The position numbers and the translations under genes were made by a program. The notes beneath the pieces are model-generated. The model was not told the DNA's origin. It saw only the letters and a list, made by a program, of their open reading frames with translations, and ran no database searches. Below are positions 45,915 to 58,888 of a stretch of DNA of 64,000 bases, piece by piece; the first letter of the stretch is position 1; each line of letters opens with the position of its first letter. The stretch is from Camelus ferus (taxonomy: Eukaryota), in NCBI RefSeq assembly GCF_009834535.1, contig NC_045697.1, forward strand, positions 110,362,001 to 110,426,000, in the 5' to 3' direction.

Positions 45915-46727
45915 TGTAACTGAGCAGGACCGCACTGTCATCAGTGACCATATGGTATTTATAACTGCTTAACTGTATAATAATTTAAATGGCTTTTCTC
46001 ATGCTTTTGCCAACCAGGGTTAGGCTGGAGAGGAAGGAGGTTTGGGTGGACCCCCAACCCCCTCATGCTGCTGCGTACAGGGATCATGTTCAGTGCCCTG
46101 CTTTTGCTCCCGACACCTCAGAAATGGCAGTTGGATTTCTGTTTTCTGTGTCTTGTTGTTCATAACTGGCCCCAACTGCACATGCACACAATTATTTTTA
46201 GTCCCTTGTGGTTCTTTTGTATTCTGTTGTTTGAGGTGCAGGTCCTGGCCTGTGCATACACTGTAGCAAGAGGTCCCAGGCCTCAGCTTGCCTAAAATAC
46301 TAGAAGCAGATATCAACTTGACTTTAAACTGCACAAGTATTTCTCTGGAGCACTTTTCTACAGACCCCTTCGCTAAGAACCCTTCATTCTAGGCACAAGA
46401 ATATTACGAGATTCCCAAAGCCTGAGGAAAATATCATATCCAGAAGGAAGGGGACCATTGCATCTGCAAAAACAAGAACGACTTTGTAACAAAAGTTACC
46501 CTGTATGGGATCTCTATGGAAACCAGCACCACCCCGTGAACTCTTGAATTTTTACTATAAAACCACCTGGCTTCTCTCCCTGGCAGGCTCACGGTCATGG
46601 AGACATTAGCCCACCGTGACCTCCTTTGCCTGGCAAAGAAAGAAAGCTGCCTTTTTTACCTCATCCAAAATTCTGTCCTTGAGTCTCAATGTGGTAATCA
46701 GGGCTGGGAGGCTGAGTCTGTACAACA
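45915..46727 (+). mobile_element. Solo ERV1-type LTR (813 bp) with a 4-bp TSD GTTG
   Basis: TGTAAC...CAACA termini, GTTG at 45911-45914 and 46728-46731, TATAAAA at ~46556. Confidence 0.8.
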
Positions 46728-47127
46728 GTTGGATGTTTGAAAAAAGCATCTCTGTTCCTGTGGTTAGTTAAGGATCAGACTGGCGGTTACTAATCCAGTC
46801 TTGCCTGCACCACGTACTAGCTCCACGATCCTGGACAGTGATTTAGCCTCTCTGCACCTACACTTCTTTGCCTGTAAGATGGAGACAGTGGTATCCACCT
46901 GGTGGATTTGTTGTGAGGATTAAGTGAGATCATAGTTCATTTTTCTCTGAGGCAGTATTTATTATATGAGAGCTCAGAGGACAGACACTGGAGCCAGACC
47001 ACTTAGGTTTAAATTCCAGCTTTATAACTTCCGGCTGTGTAACCTTGGGAAATGTACCTACTTCTCTGTGTCTCAGTCTCAACTGTAAAATGGGAATAAT
47101 TATATTCTCTGTTATTCATTTGTTATT

Positions 47128-47460
47128 ACAGATGCTGAAAACCACCACCAAATGGAAGAAATGGACTACTTGATGATCATGAGCATGTAGCCCCAGATTT
47201 TCTGGTGCCCAAGGATTGATCACCATCAACCACTCAGAATTCTGTATAGCTGATTATAGTCCCTGGGATGCCCTCCCTCGGCTGGCCTTTAAAAATGCTC
47301 AGCTGAAACCCTCCCGGAGTTTGGGGGTTTTGGAGGCATGAGCCATGTGTCCCCCTTGCTCTGCCCAGCAATGAACCTTTCTCTGTTCCAAAAAATAAGT
47401 GAGTAAGTAAATAATAATTAAGTAAGTAAGTAAATAAATAAATAAATAAAATTTAAAAAA
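47128..47460 (+). mobile_element. Partial LTR (same family as 54520-54995) ending in an A-rich tail, inserted in a MIR
   Basis: Colinear similarity to ~54640-54932; (TAAG/TAAA)n tail; MIR halves at ~46960-47105 and ~47461-47500. Confidence 0.75.
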
Positions 47461-47929
47461 ATCCTATCTCCTAGGGTTGTGATTCAAACAAAATGATTCA
47501 AACACTAAGTTTAAAGGAGACTGGCTCCCCTTTCTTCATGCACTCAAAATTAACTAGATTGTTAACTCCCTGCGTGTGGTTCTTTTGCATCCCTCTCAGT
47601 AACTAGTAAAGAATATTTGCAGTAATTCTGTTTTCCCAGCAGGCTTTGCATGGGTGGTATCTACAACTACAGAAAAAAACAGGTTCTTCACGGCGCTGGG
47701 GAGAAACAAAGCCGGCCTAGATTCAATTCTCTAGCTCCTTGGAAGAAAGTCTTGGGGGCCTTTTATCTTGTTGGGTTTTTCGTTCTCAAACTCAGAGTTT
47801 GGAAGGGAACGGAGTGCAGGGAGGATCTTTAGATCTTTGGCGCAAACTCCAAAAACAGAAGGAAGGAGCTGAGCCAGCGATCCTAAATCCTGAACTATGT
47901 TTGGCGGTCCTGCTTGTTGAGATGTTGAG

Positions 47930-48505
47930 CGCAGCGAGGCCAGACCTGGGGACTTCAGAGCCGGGCTGGGCGCGCGGTGGGGCCCGGCCAGCAGGGGGCG
48001 CGCGGGCGCCGTCACCCCGCGGGTTGGCCGAGCGAGCGCGCGGGAACCTGGGCTCGGGGCTGTCACGCGCGGGGCCAGGAGCGGGGCCCGGGCGCTGCAC
48101 CTGCTGCAGGCGACTCTCCGGCCTGGGCCCCGGGTCCCGGACACTCGGCACCCCGGCCGAGGCGGTCGCGGGGGTGCCGGCCAGCGCTGAAGCGCTGCGC
48201 CTCCGCCTTCTGGGGAGACACGGCGGCGTCAGGTAACCGAGCGGCGGCCCGCGCTCGCGCGGCGCGATCCCTTCTGCCCCGCGTTCCGGGAAAGAGAGGC
48301 GGGAAGGCGGGCGCCGCGAGCCAGCTGAAGCCCTGGAGGGAGACCCCGGGTCTGGGGCCCAGGTCCGAGCGATGGCACTCGGACTCTGCGAGGCGAGAGC
48401 CCCGCCAGCCCCGCCATGCGCCCCCGCTGCAGATGCCCTGGGACGGTCAGCGCCTCCCTCCCCGCCCCGTGCTGGGTCGCTTTCCTTTCCAGAGCCCGGT
48501 CCGGA
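47930..48505 (+). promoter_or_regulatory. CpG island / probable promoter, with a splice donor CAG|GTAACC at 48232/48233
   Basis: Very GC- and CpG-rich (many CGCG and GCGC) against an AT-rich, CpG-depleted background. Confidence 0.85.
47988..48001 (+). promoter_or_regulatory. CTCF motif CCAGCAGGGGGCGC at the left edge of the CpG island
   Basis: Perfect core consensus match. Confidence 0.65.
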
Positions 48506-49130
48506 TCCTTTTCACCCATCCCCCGCTCTTCTTCCCTTTGGAAATCTTAACTTCTTAGTCTGCAAAGTCATTCAGCAGATGTTGGCAACTGAGTGGATTC
48601 TTTAAATGATCGAGCCTCTTTTGCTGTTGGGGGTTGTGCGTTTGAGGGAGGAGTAGGGACAGTTAAAACTATGTCTTTCATACCTGAATGGTTTGGGGCT
48701 TTCTTGTGCCTTTGGCCCCCTAAACATTTGTTTGAATTATTAAAGAAGTAAAAGATATCCTCCCCTCCCCCTTTTGGAGCACCTTGATAAGTCAAATGAA
48801 AGAAAGAGTTCTGGGGACTCAGATCCCCTGACTCTACATAGTACTAACAACATAACGGCAGTCAGGCCTGAGGTGTTGATTCATCTCATTATTTCCATGA
48901 GAATCATGTGGCAAAACACTATAAACAGAGAATTCATTTTTAGGAGATGTAAACATTTCTTTGCATCGCGTTGTGTTTGACACCTGGTCCTGTCCTGGTT
49001 GCAGTGTCTGTTTGGTTTGATTTGAGGGCCATTGTTTCTGTCATGAAATACTAAACTATTGTCTGACTGTCAGCGTGCCCTCAGTTCTACTGAGGTTTAT
49101 TCCTTTTGGCTTACCATCTTAGTGTGCCTT

Positions 49131-49240
49131 AATAATTAGGTTTATTTATTTATTTATTCTTAATGGCGGTTCTGGGGATTGAACCGAGGACCTCATGCAT
49201 GCTAAGCACACACAATACCACTGAACTATACCCTCCCCCC
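49131..49240 (-). mobile_element. tRNA-Ala-derived SINE (Vic-1-like)
   Basis: ggggattgaaccgaggacctcatgcatgctaagc...accactgaactataccctcccc. Confidence 0.85.
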
Positions 49241-49479
49241 ACCTTAGAGTGCTTTTAGAGTCTCCCTTATGAATGGCAGTTACTGTGGGAAGAATGACAT
49301 CACAAAATATTACTGAAGAAGAGTGTGGTCTGGGATTCAAGAAACAGGGCTGACTTCCAAAGGCCTGTGTTCAGCGTTTGGTTCTAGGGCCCAGTTCTGC
49401 TGCTAACTGGCTATGTGATCTTGGTTGTTCAATTGAATTAATCTTTCAGACCTTGTTTTTCTCATTTCAGGGAAGCTAG

Positions 49480-50580
49480 GACTCATAACCTCCATCAATC
49501 AGCCAAGGCTGCTAAATTCAGTGGTCAGTCTTGGCCCTCATCTTCCATGACTTATCAGTGGTATTGGACCAAACTGATCACTTTCTCCTAAAATGCTTTC
49601 TTCTGGAAATTGTATGAAGATTTCCTCCTTCTTCTCTGCCCACTCTGTCCCAGTCGCCTTGACTGGATCCTCTTTGTCTCTAAAGGTGAAGGTGTGGAGC
49701 ACTGATGGCCTTGCCTCTGACTCACCCACTCCTTAGATGCTCCCCTCTCCGATATTTACCATCAGTGCCTTGACAGAGTGCACACTTATGCCTCCAGCAT
49801 GGACTTGTCCTCCTGTAAAATCCAGATCCAGCCGCCGACTTGACATCTTCGGTAAAAGGCATCTCAGAAGCAGCATATTGAAGGCTGAACTCCTGATCTT
49901 CATCCCCAGATCGTCCCCCAGTCTTGGCAACGCTATCTCTCCATGCTCAGGACAAAACCCTTGCAGGCAAACTTGTCTTTCACTATCAGTCTAATATAAA
50001 GCGCCATCCCTCTAACTGGACCATCGCAACAGCCTCCCACCTAGTCTCCCGCTGGGCATGTGCTGCACTGGGTGAAAGCTGCCCAGTGGTTTATGTCCTT
50101 CAGCGTAAAATCTAAAGTCCTTACAGTGTCCTGAAAGACTATGTAATTTAGTCTCAGCTCCTTTTCTGGCCTTCTCTCTTTCTTGCCAGCCCTCCCCCAA
50201 CCCCTGCCCCCATTAACACTCCTGGCATGTTGACCTCCCAGCTCTGACTCCGGTAGGCCAAGAACATCCCTGTCTTGGGGACTTTGCCCTTTCTGGTCTC
50301 TCCAGACAACCCATGGCTGGCTCCACCTCCTTCAGGTCTCTGCTCCCTCCAGTATCTTATCAAAGGCCCCTCCTCTTGATCACGCCACATCCAATAGGTA
50401 TAATTCTACCCAACCCCTCTTGGTCCATCCTAACCCCTTACCTTGCATTATCTTTCTCCACAACGCTTGCAGCTGACAAGTACTTGTTGAGATTTTTTGT
50501 TTTCCTCTTCCCAGAATGTAAACTCCAAAGATGGTTTTGATCACTTGCTGTGTTTCCAGTGCCCAGAGCGGTGCTTGCCA
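49480..50580 (+). mobile_element. LINE-2 fragment (~1.1 kb)
   Basis: L2 phrases (gctaaattcagtggtcagtcttggccctcatctt, gaatgtaaactcca, ccagtgcccaga). Confidence 0.75.
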
Positions 50581-50918
50581 TGTGTCTTAGTCTCTCTGGG
50601 CTGCTACAACACAGTGCCACTTGGCTGGGTAGCTTATGAACAACAGAAGTTTATTTCTCATAGTCCTGGAGGCTGGACGTCTAAGACCAGGGTGCTAGCA
50701 CCACTGGGGGAGGCCTCTCTTCCAAGTCAAAGGCTCCTTGTTGGATCCTCACATTTCGGAAGGGCCTAGGGAGCTCTGTGGGGTCTCTTTTATAAGGGAC
50801 ATTAATCCCATTCATAACCTGGTCGCTGCTCAAAGGCCCCACCTCCTAATACCACCACATTGGGCCTTAGGATTTCAACATGGATTTTGATGGGGACACA
50901 AACATTCATTCCATAGCA
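50581..50918. mobile_element. MaLR LTR (MLT1A-like) inserted into the L2 tail
   Basis: tgtcttagtc...caacagaagtttatttctcatagtcctggaggctgg...ggggacacaaacattca..ccatagca. Confidence 0.85.
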
Positions 50919-53900
50919 GCTTGTAAGGTTATCAACACGTCTTTATTAAAGGAACAAATCTGTAAAATGATATTTGTAATATTTATATCACAGGGGTAAA
51001 GTAAGGTTAATGTTTGTACCGTGTATATCACGGGGCTAAAGTGAAGATCACATTGGGGGTCCAGTTTGTATTCTACAAAGAACCCTGGCTTTACAGTTGG
51101 ATAAATCAGGTTTCTAATCCTGGTTTCACACTCTCTGGTAGTGTGAACCTCTCAGAAGGTCCCTTTTCCATTTGTGGGGTAGATATGATACAATACCTCA
51201 AAGCCTTATTGTGACTATAAGATGAAACATAAATGTACTCAAAGCATTTAGTTATGAAGAGGCTAAAAATTGAGCAGCTTTGATTATTTATATAGGGATG
51301 TACTTTGTAAGCTCTAAAGGCATGCATACACCTATCACACTAAAATTACTGAGGACTACTTTATGCCATGTCCTGTTCTAAACATTTCAGGGTGAGGTTA
51401 GCATTTCAGTGCTCATCACAGAGTGCACATTAGAAAATGAATAGTAATAGTGGCATCTATACCTCATATCTAAATGTTCCAGTGGAACTGATTGTCTGAC
51501 ATCCCATTACTCCTGCATATGTTTCCCTTATCCTTTGGCCCTGCTATGCCAATATGTAGGCAATATACATATATTTTTTATTATCCCAGTGTCTCACAAA
51601 AACCTGTGCACAAATTCAGTCACTTAAGTCACCCACAGGTAATCTAAGTAAATGGCTGGTGAGAAAAGCTGTCAGTTTCCATTTCTTCGGCATGGTCCTG
51701 CTGGATGAGTACTGTTTCGTTTAGTTCTGTACACAAAGCTAGGCCTTAGAGATTCAGAGCGAAACGGGGCACGTCCTTCTTTTTAGGAAACGCACAGTCT
51801 ATTGCTACAGTATAGTCCAGGCCAGTTGTACAAGGTGCGTGCAATACGGGCTGTTTGGCGACAGCAGGAAGCCAGGCAGCATACGCGAAGTTTTTTTTCA
51901 CCTTGAGATAGTTTGTTCTTGAAACTCCAAGGTGTGGGCCATATTCTTAAGACCTTAAGTTTAGGAGCTCCGAGGGCACTGCTGTAGGGGGTGGGGCTGA
52001 GACCCCAGGACCGATTCTGTATTCTTATGGGTGGAGATTTAAGGATAATAGTCTACAGGACTACTAGATAAGTGGAGACAGCTTAGAACCTTCCTAGGGA
52101 TTCCCAAGCAGTCCTGCTTAGGTTGTGATGTGCCTTTTCCTTGGTTTGCAGCACCTTCTTTAGTACACGCAGGTTCAGAATGATTTAAACAACCGAGGTA
52201 GCTGCTGAGTCTTTCCTAGCTCGCGGCCCCGCCTCCCCGGCGGCCCCGGCGGCCCCGCGGCCGCCCATGCTCCCTAGGGTACCACGCAGAGTGCACCATC
52301 TCATGCTGAGAGGCCGATGACCCCAACGTACGAGGGCTCAACAGGACAGAGCTGTCCTAGACCTGGAGAAGATAACGGTGTGCTTGACCCTGGGTGGTTA
52401 CACTTGAAGAGACTTCTTCAATTAAGTTGAGTATGGCCAGTAAATGCTTTTATTTTCCAATAAAGCCAGACGGTCTGGCAAGCATTCACAGGACTGGGAC
52501 TGGGTTTTATCCATTTTTGCCTGGCACACTGACTCACACACAGTGTATCAGTTATTTATTAATTGTACTTAGACTTATTCCTTAGGAATATCTATGAGTC
52601 TCATATTTATTCATCAGGAATTCTGGAATATGTACATAATTTAAATTGTTTTAGTTTAGTATTTACTTAGCAATAATAATTTTTGAGCACTGTGCTGTGC
52701 CATAGAAATACAAGACAAAATACAACCTATTTCCTGAACCAAGATAGTTTCTATTGGTCTTCCTTAGTTTTATCTCCAGATCTATACCAAATTTAGCAAG
52801 TTGTTTACCTTTCAAAAACCCAAGGCTCTCAATAAAGAACAAGAATGGGTTGTTTGTTTTTTTTTTTATACATATAAACTGTAGAGAAATAATTTAAGAT
52901 GATTATTTTGATATTCTCATCTTTACTTACTTTTTAAAAAGGTTCTAATTAACACAGAGTACAAGCAGGTCCATTCATTTAATCCAGTAGCCCTCAGCCG
53001 CATAGTTAGAGCAGTTAGAGTGGGACAAAGTCGAATCCACCTCCAACCCTCCGGCTCTGTCCCCACAGAGGGTGATTTCAGTGAGGATGCCTTGCAGCCC
53101 TGGGGAGAGAGTCGTCCGGCTGGGTCTCTGCTCCTTCTGCATCCTCACACCTTCCCTTTTGGGCTTTGGGCTGCTTGCAGGTTCCTGGGCACTGAAGGGA
53201 AGGCAGACCACAGCCAGTTCTGCTCCTTCTTGAAATTTTCCACTGTGCCTTAAACTTGTTCAGATACCTTTCCTCAAGAAAGTAGATTTCATGAGTCACT
53301 CCATTTGCTTCTGGACTCTTGAAACACTGGCAGAGATGATGAGTTAAGAGTCTGAACAAGAAACATTTAAAAATACATGCCACTAATTTGCAATGCGGTT
53401 TACATCTCTGTCTTGAATTCTGCATTGTCTGTGCAGCCTAGGGTGATCATTTGAATTATCCGTCAGCCACAAAGCGGGCTTTGTCTGATTTTTGTGGCAT
53501 CCATTTGTTCTTGTCTTTCTTTTCTCCCTTCCCACAATATTCCCACGATGGCAGACACAACCACTTGTCATGCCTTGTTTGACTTTCACACTTTTACTAA
53601 ACGTCTTGACTTGAAATCCCCAAGTGACATTTTTCTTCCTTCTCTGAAGTCCCTAATGAAAAGATTCTGTTCTGTGTAGTCTGTAGAATGGTTTACTTGG
53701 AGATTGACGGAAAATGTTTCCGTCAAAGAAATAACATAGAATTAATTATAGGATTATTTGTCTTTCAATAATTTCTCCTCATATTTTAATGGTTTTCTAA
53801 TACGTATATCACGTTATGTCTGAGTTGGCTCTTTTATGATTGCAAAAGCCATCCATCTGTCTTATAGCACATTATAGTTGCATTATACAGGGGAAAGTGT

Positions 53901-54519
53901 GTAAATGACCATCTCAGTAATTAAGAAGTACTTCTAACTCTGCATTTACTTTACAAATTTAAAAAAGACTTTGCTGCATCAAGGTCTCTGACCTAGTGGA
54001 AAATGCTCCCCTGTGAAAAACCTTTACATAGAATCTTTACAGAAGGTTTTAGGAATTTCAGTATGTTAGGAGAAAGGATTTTCTGGCAGTTAATAAGAAA
54101 TTAGAGGATTAAGTAATCCTTGGCCATGTCATAATAGCTTATGAGAAATGAGAGTGAAGAAACCTTTAAGGAAAAAAAGCTGTTTTGAAATATACTCTCT
54201 GATTAATTCAGCCACCAAGTCAACCAACTTTTGCTAAGTGCCCATCAAGTACAGTGCTGGAGACTTAGGGACACCACATTAAGACCAAGCTCCTACCTTT
54301 AGCCCTACCTCCACTGTTTTGGAAAAAACAAAATCTTATGATCATATTTTTCTTTAGAGTTTTTAGGTCTCTTGTCCTGAACTTTGGGAATTGCCTCTGA
54401 GGTTTTTAATTAGGGAATAACTTGAGGACAGCCAATTTTTTTTAGGATGATGGAAGGAGGAAAACTAAAGCAGATTTTCGCTTTGACCTCTCATGTTTAC
54501 ATCCTAGCCAAAGTCACGA

Positions 54520-54995
54520 TGTAACCGAGCAGAACCCTGGGGGGCCTTCCAGGGCCAGACCCCTCCCCCATGTCCTCTGGGCAGCTCCTCTCTGAAGCAC
54601 CCAGATAGTCCTATCTCATGTATACTTCCTGAGTTTTTCGGATGCTAAAAACCACCACTTAAAAGGAAGAAATTAACTACTTAATAATCATGAGCATGTG
54701 GGCCCCAGACCTTCCGGTGCCCTGGGGTTGATAGTGTTGACCGCCCTGTTCCCTCCACATCAGCCAATTAGAGAATTGTGCCCCGAGCTGATCACGTACA
54801 CTGCAACCCCCATTTCCTCACCCGGCCTTTAAATAGGCTTTGCTGAAACCCTTCAGGGAGTTTGGGTTTTCTTGGGCATGAGCTGCCCCATCCTCTTTGC
54901 TCGGCCCTGCAGTAAATCTTTCTCTGCTCCAAACTCATGTTTCAATTAGTTTGGCCCCATGATGCTGCGGGCACATAAACTTGCCTTCGGTAACA
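54520..54995 (+). mobile_element. Solo ERV LTR (476 bp)
   Basis: Inverted termini TGTAACCGA / TCGGTAACA, near-TSD acga/gcga, TTTAAATA box, AGTAAA polyA-like signal. Confidence 0.85.
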
Positions 54996-57579
54996 GCGAG
55001 GGGCAGAGTTGATTTTTGCCTGAACTGATTATGAGCTTGGAAAAGCAAAGACGATTTTACGCCTGATGCATTAAAAATACATCACTTCTTTTACCGAGAG
55101 ATCCTTGCCATTCAAGGGAGATAATTTCTGGAGAGCGCTGGGGACAGGGGCATCTGCTACCACTGCTATAGATGTTTTTCTATTTTCTTGCCTTTTCTGT
55201 TACTATTTTCTGTTATTATTTTCCTATAATTACTTTTCCTTTAGTCAGCATGGTTCAGTGTGTGGATTATCACCCCAAAATGACAGTGCTTGGTTGTTAA
55301 AATACAATGGCCAAAATCTCACTGAGATAGAAAGGGTTCCAAGGGGCATAACTGCAAAATGCGTAAGTATGTATCCACAGCTTCTGCACTTGGGTAATGT
55401 AAAGCAAATAAGATTTTACACATTTTTTTCCCAATATACTTAAATTACTGTTAAACTCACATTTTAAAAAGTAAATTACACCTTGTGTTTTGCTTCTAGT
55501 TCCTCAGCTACTGTGTGGAGAACAGCTGGATTATTTGGTTTTTTTATTATCTCTGAGATAAACATGTGTCTGCTAACTGCTGTGAAAGCAAAATCTTCTG
55601 TAAGTGCTGTGGTCATTTTAGTGGCCATGTAACCGCACTTGGCTAATTATACAAGGCAATGTTTATGTGACTTACTGTAAAACTTTAAAATGCGAGATCT
55701 TCTTATTGGAAAAAAAATGTAGGTCGCTTGGCTATTTACCATCATTGAAGTCAGACTTATCTTAAGGAAATACAGCTAACTGTGGAAGAGCTTTGCTTGC
55801 GAAGTTGGTAATACAGTCTTATGTGTAGCACACACACAAAACTGAAGGTCCGAATAAGGAAGTGGTTATGTAAGTGATGAGAGATCCAGGCAATGAAAGC
55901 TCGTGTATCCACTAAAATTGTATTTGGGAAAAGCTTTATTCACAAGGAAAATTGCTTATGCCATTACATACAGCATGTGATAAACGTTAGTCCTAACCTT
56001 GAAATATTTAGTTCCAGTGGATTAAATTTTCTTATTTTAATACGTAAGGCCTAGAAGTTGGCCTGAGGCTTGGACTATCCCAGCAGAAACTCCATTTAGA
56101 CAAGAGAACCATCCACATGATTTCTCTGGTTAGAGAATCTGTAAAAATCTTGGTATAGTTAAGTCGCTGACTTGGTGATATTTAGTCCAGGTAAGTAGCT
56201 GCTTTTAGTTGGTAGAATTCATTTTTTTAAAAAAATGAACCCACAGTAACACAGCTAATTCTCCAGTTTGTGCCTTAAACTACAGTTTGACTGCAAATGA
56301 GGAACTTTTGATTAACTGCATCATTCCTATTAACTCTTACCCCAATCTACCTTTTTGGTCTCCTGCATCTGTTTCTACAATCTATCAACTACATGTGAAG
56401 TCACTGGCCTCTCCTGAGAATTAGTGTTGGGTTTTCATAATGAATACTGAGGGCACGTATAAGGTTGCGAAATTTAGCTTTTAATGAAACTTTGGAAATA
56501 AAATTGCTAATAGATCACACAAGAGAAGTGATTACTTTTTAAAGTTATTGTCCTTATTTCATCACTTTGGCGCTGATGAAAGTTCTGTTTCTGTTGAACA
56601 CAATGTTAGACCTTTCCACTGACTGATTATATTTTCAAATTTATCTGGGACTAGTTCTTTGCAGGCAACATAAACGTTACAAATACTTAATATGCAATAT
56701 AGTTTTGCAAGTAACTAAGAGATTGATTAGTCTGTTTCTTTTGAGTTGACTACATACATTTTTATAGTGCATAACACATTTAGGTTTATATTTTAGGCCT
56801 TGGGCTATGTTCCTGATTTTGTACAGACTGCCAGGGCCTCATATATAAAGGACATTCATACAGAAGTTCATCTGAAAAATGCTTTTCATTAAATCGTCTT
56901 AATTTCCTGCATTCAGTGCATGTCAAATTTTAAGAATGAGAGGATTTATACATAAAATTATGTAAGTAAAATTGTTTGAATGATACAGCCACTAAAAGTA
57001 AATAAATAACTCAATGAACATTTAAACGGACTTTATCAGCCACCTTGAGATGGTTCTGAGGAAAGAAGTTGCCATTAGATGAAAGATAATTAATAATATA
57101 GTCACTGTTAACCCACCAGCATATTTGGGTTGATTTCCAGTTAGAGGGTTAGAATTGTGGCTGTTTGCTCTCTCACCCTGGGTCTTCTGTGGCTCAGGGT
57201 AAATCTTACTAAGATGACTTGCTGGAGTTAGAGTGAAACTGGTGGCTACTGGACCCATAGCAGCTGCCAACCGTGCATGAGCCAAATCCAGGGCTCTGGC
57301 CTCATTATCACAGTGCTGTGATTTACTGAACTAACAAAGGAAGTCTTCTGCAGTCGGGTACGGAGGTGGCATTACTGAATATTTCTTCAAGTACTGAAAA
57401 TGTATCTCTGCTTAGGAAGGATAAATCCCTTAGGATGTGTTGTTATTTAAGGTCATAAGATGCAGAGCTTTGAGCAATTAATGGTCTGGATGTAGTTATC
57501 ACGTACCCTTTAGTTTTATTGTTGATGCATTTCCCGTTACACTGGTTAGGAGGCCCTGTTTTTTAAATATCATAATTTT

Positions 57580-57593
57580 CCACCAGGGGGAGC
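57580..57593 (+). promoter_or_regulatory. CTCF-like motif CCACCAGGGGGAGC
   Basis: Core match with the common GGAG variant, isolated in AT-rich DNA. Confidence 0.55.
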
Positions 57594-58466
57594 TATATCC
57601 CCCTTAAAAAAAAATCAGTTCCGGAGAAAAAGGCAAAAAGAAAGCAAGGTGTCAGACGTACCAAAACTTCTTATGAACCGCAGGTATTGGTGGTAAGTTT
57701 GTTATTTGTATATTGTCTTTCATTTTGGAATTATAAATTGTCCATGAATCTGGCTACGTGGCCGAGAGCCAGACATCACAGTATAAACAAGGACCAAGAC
57801 ACTAGCGCTTCTTAGAGGAGAGGGTGGACGGGAGGCAGGATGGGGGAGGAACTTCCATTCAAAGGGAGTAACAGTTGAAGCCAGTATTGAGAAGGATTTC
57901 TATGTGAAAGAGTGAGAATGGATATTAAGGAGGGTAGGGTTGAGCTGTAGGGAACCCCTGGGGAGAGGAGAGACTTGGAGAAGGATGTAAAATGCAGGGG
58001 AGAAGAAGGGTGAACAGTGCAGAGACAGGGGAAGAACCTGGGGAGTGTGGAGGGTGTTTTAAGAAAGTGTTGGTGGGTGGACGAGGGTGGGAGGAGGACG
58101 GGGTGGGTTCAGATGTACCTGAGTGGGTTGAGCAGAGTGAAAACATAGAAAGAATCATACTTGGTTAGAAAGAGGACGAGGGGGTTTAAATTCTAATCAC
58201 ATAGACTCACCAATCATTCTTTGGACGGTTAATAGGAGCGGTCAGCAGAGCCCGCCAATCTTTGCAGACACTGCCTGATGGCCCTTGTCCTTAACCCCAC
58301 ACACAGGTCCACATGGAGTCTGACCCTGAGACACTGCAGACAAGGAGTGGGAAGAGCGAGGCTTCCTCCTGCCTGTGTCCCTAACCAGCTGCCCAGCCCT
58401 GGCCGAGGCGCTCAGCCTCTCTGCACCTTAACTTCTTCATCTGTAAACGAGGTGACTGGATGAGGT

Positions 58467-58625
58467 CAAGGTTTCTTAATCCAGTATCCAAGGATGGGCT
58501 TCAGGGAATCTGAGATTCCTCTGAAAGTATAAACAAAATATGTTGTTCTCCCCTAAGGAGAGGAGCCACAGCTTTTATCAGACCCCACAAAGGATCATGA
58601 GCCTTAGAAAGATAAGAACTAGTGA
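58467..58625. mobile_element. hAT-Charlie-like MITE remnant
   Basis: caaggtttcttaatcc...aagataagaactagtg with typical internal phrases; family from memory. Confidence 0.55.
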
Positions 58626-58888
58626 ATTAGGCGATCACTTAAGTCCTGTCTTCTTCAGAATGCTGGAATTTTGTTTGCTTCTCTGGCTCCAGCACTCCGT
58701 AGTACTATACCTGGCCTGTCTCAGCAAATCACTGTCAGAGATTGAATTAAAAGTCAGAGTTTCTGAAAGGTAACTGATTGGATCAATCCTCTCTAGAGGA
58801 TTATTTAGAAAATCCAGAGAATTTCAAAGATTGAAACTAATCATTGCTTTAATAGTCCACAGATATTTTTCTTAAGACCTAACAGTTG

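Noticed and set aside
47731..48605. Several 100-190 aa ORFs on both strands
   Set aside because: Low-complexity R/G/A/P-rich frames, expected in stop-poor CpG-island DNA
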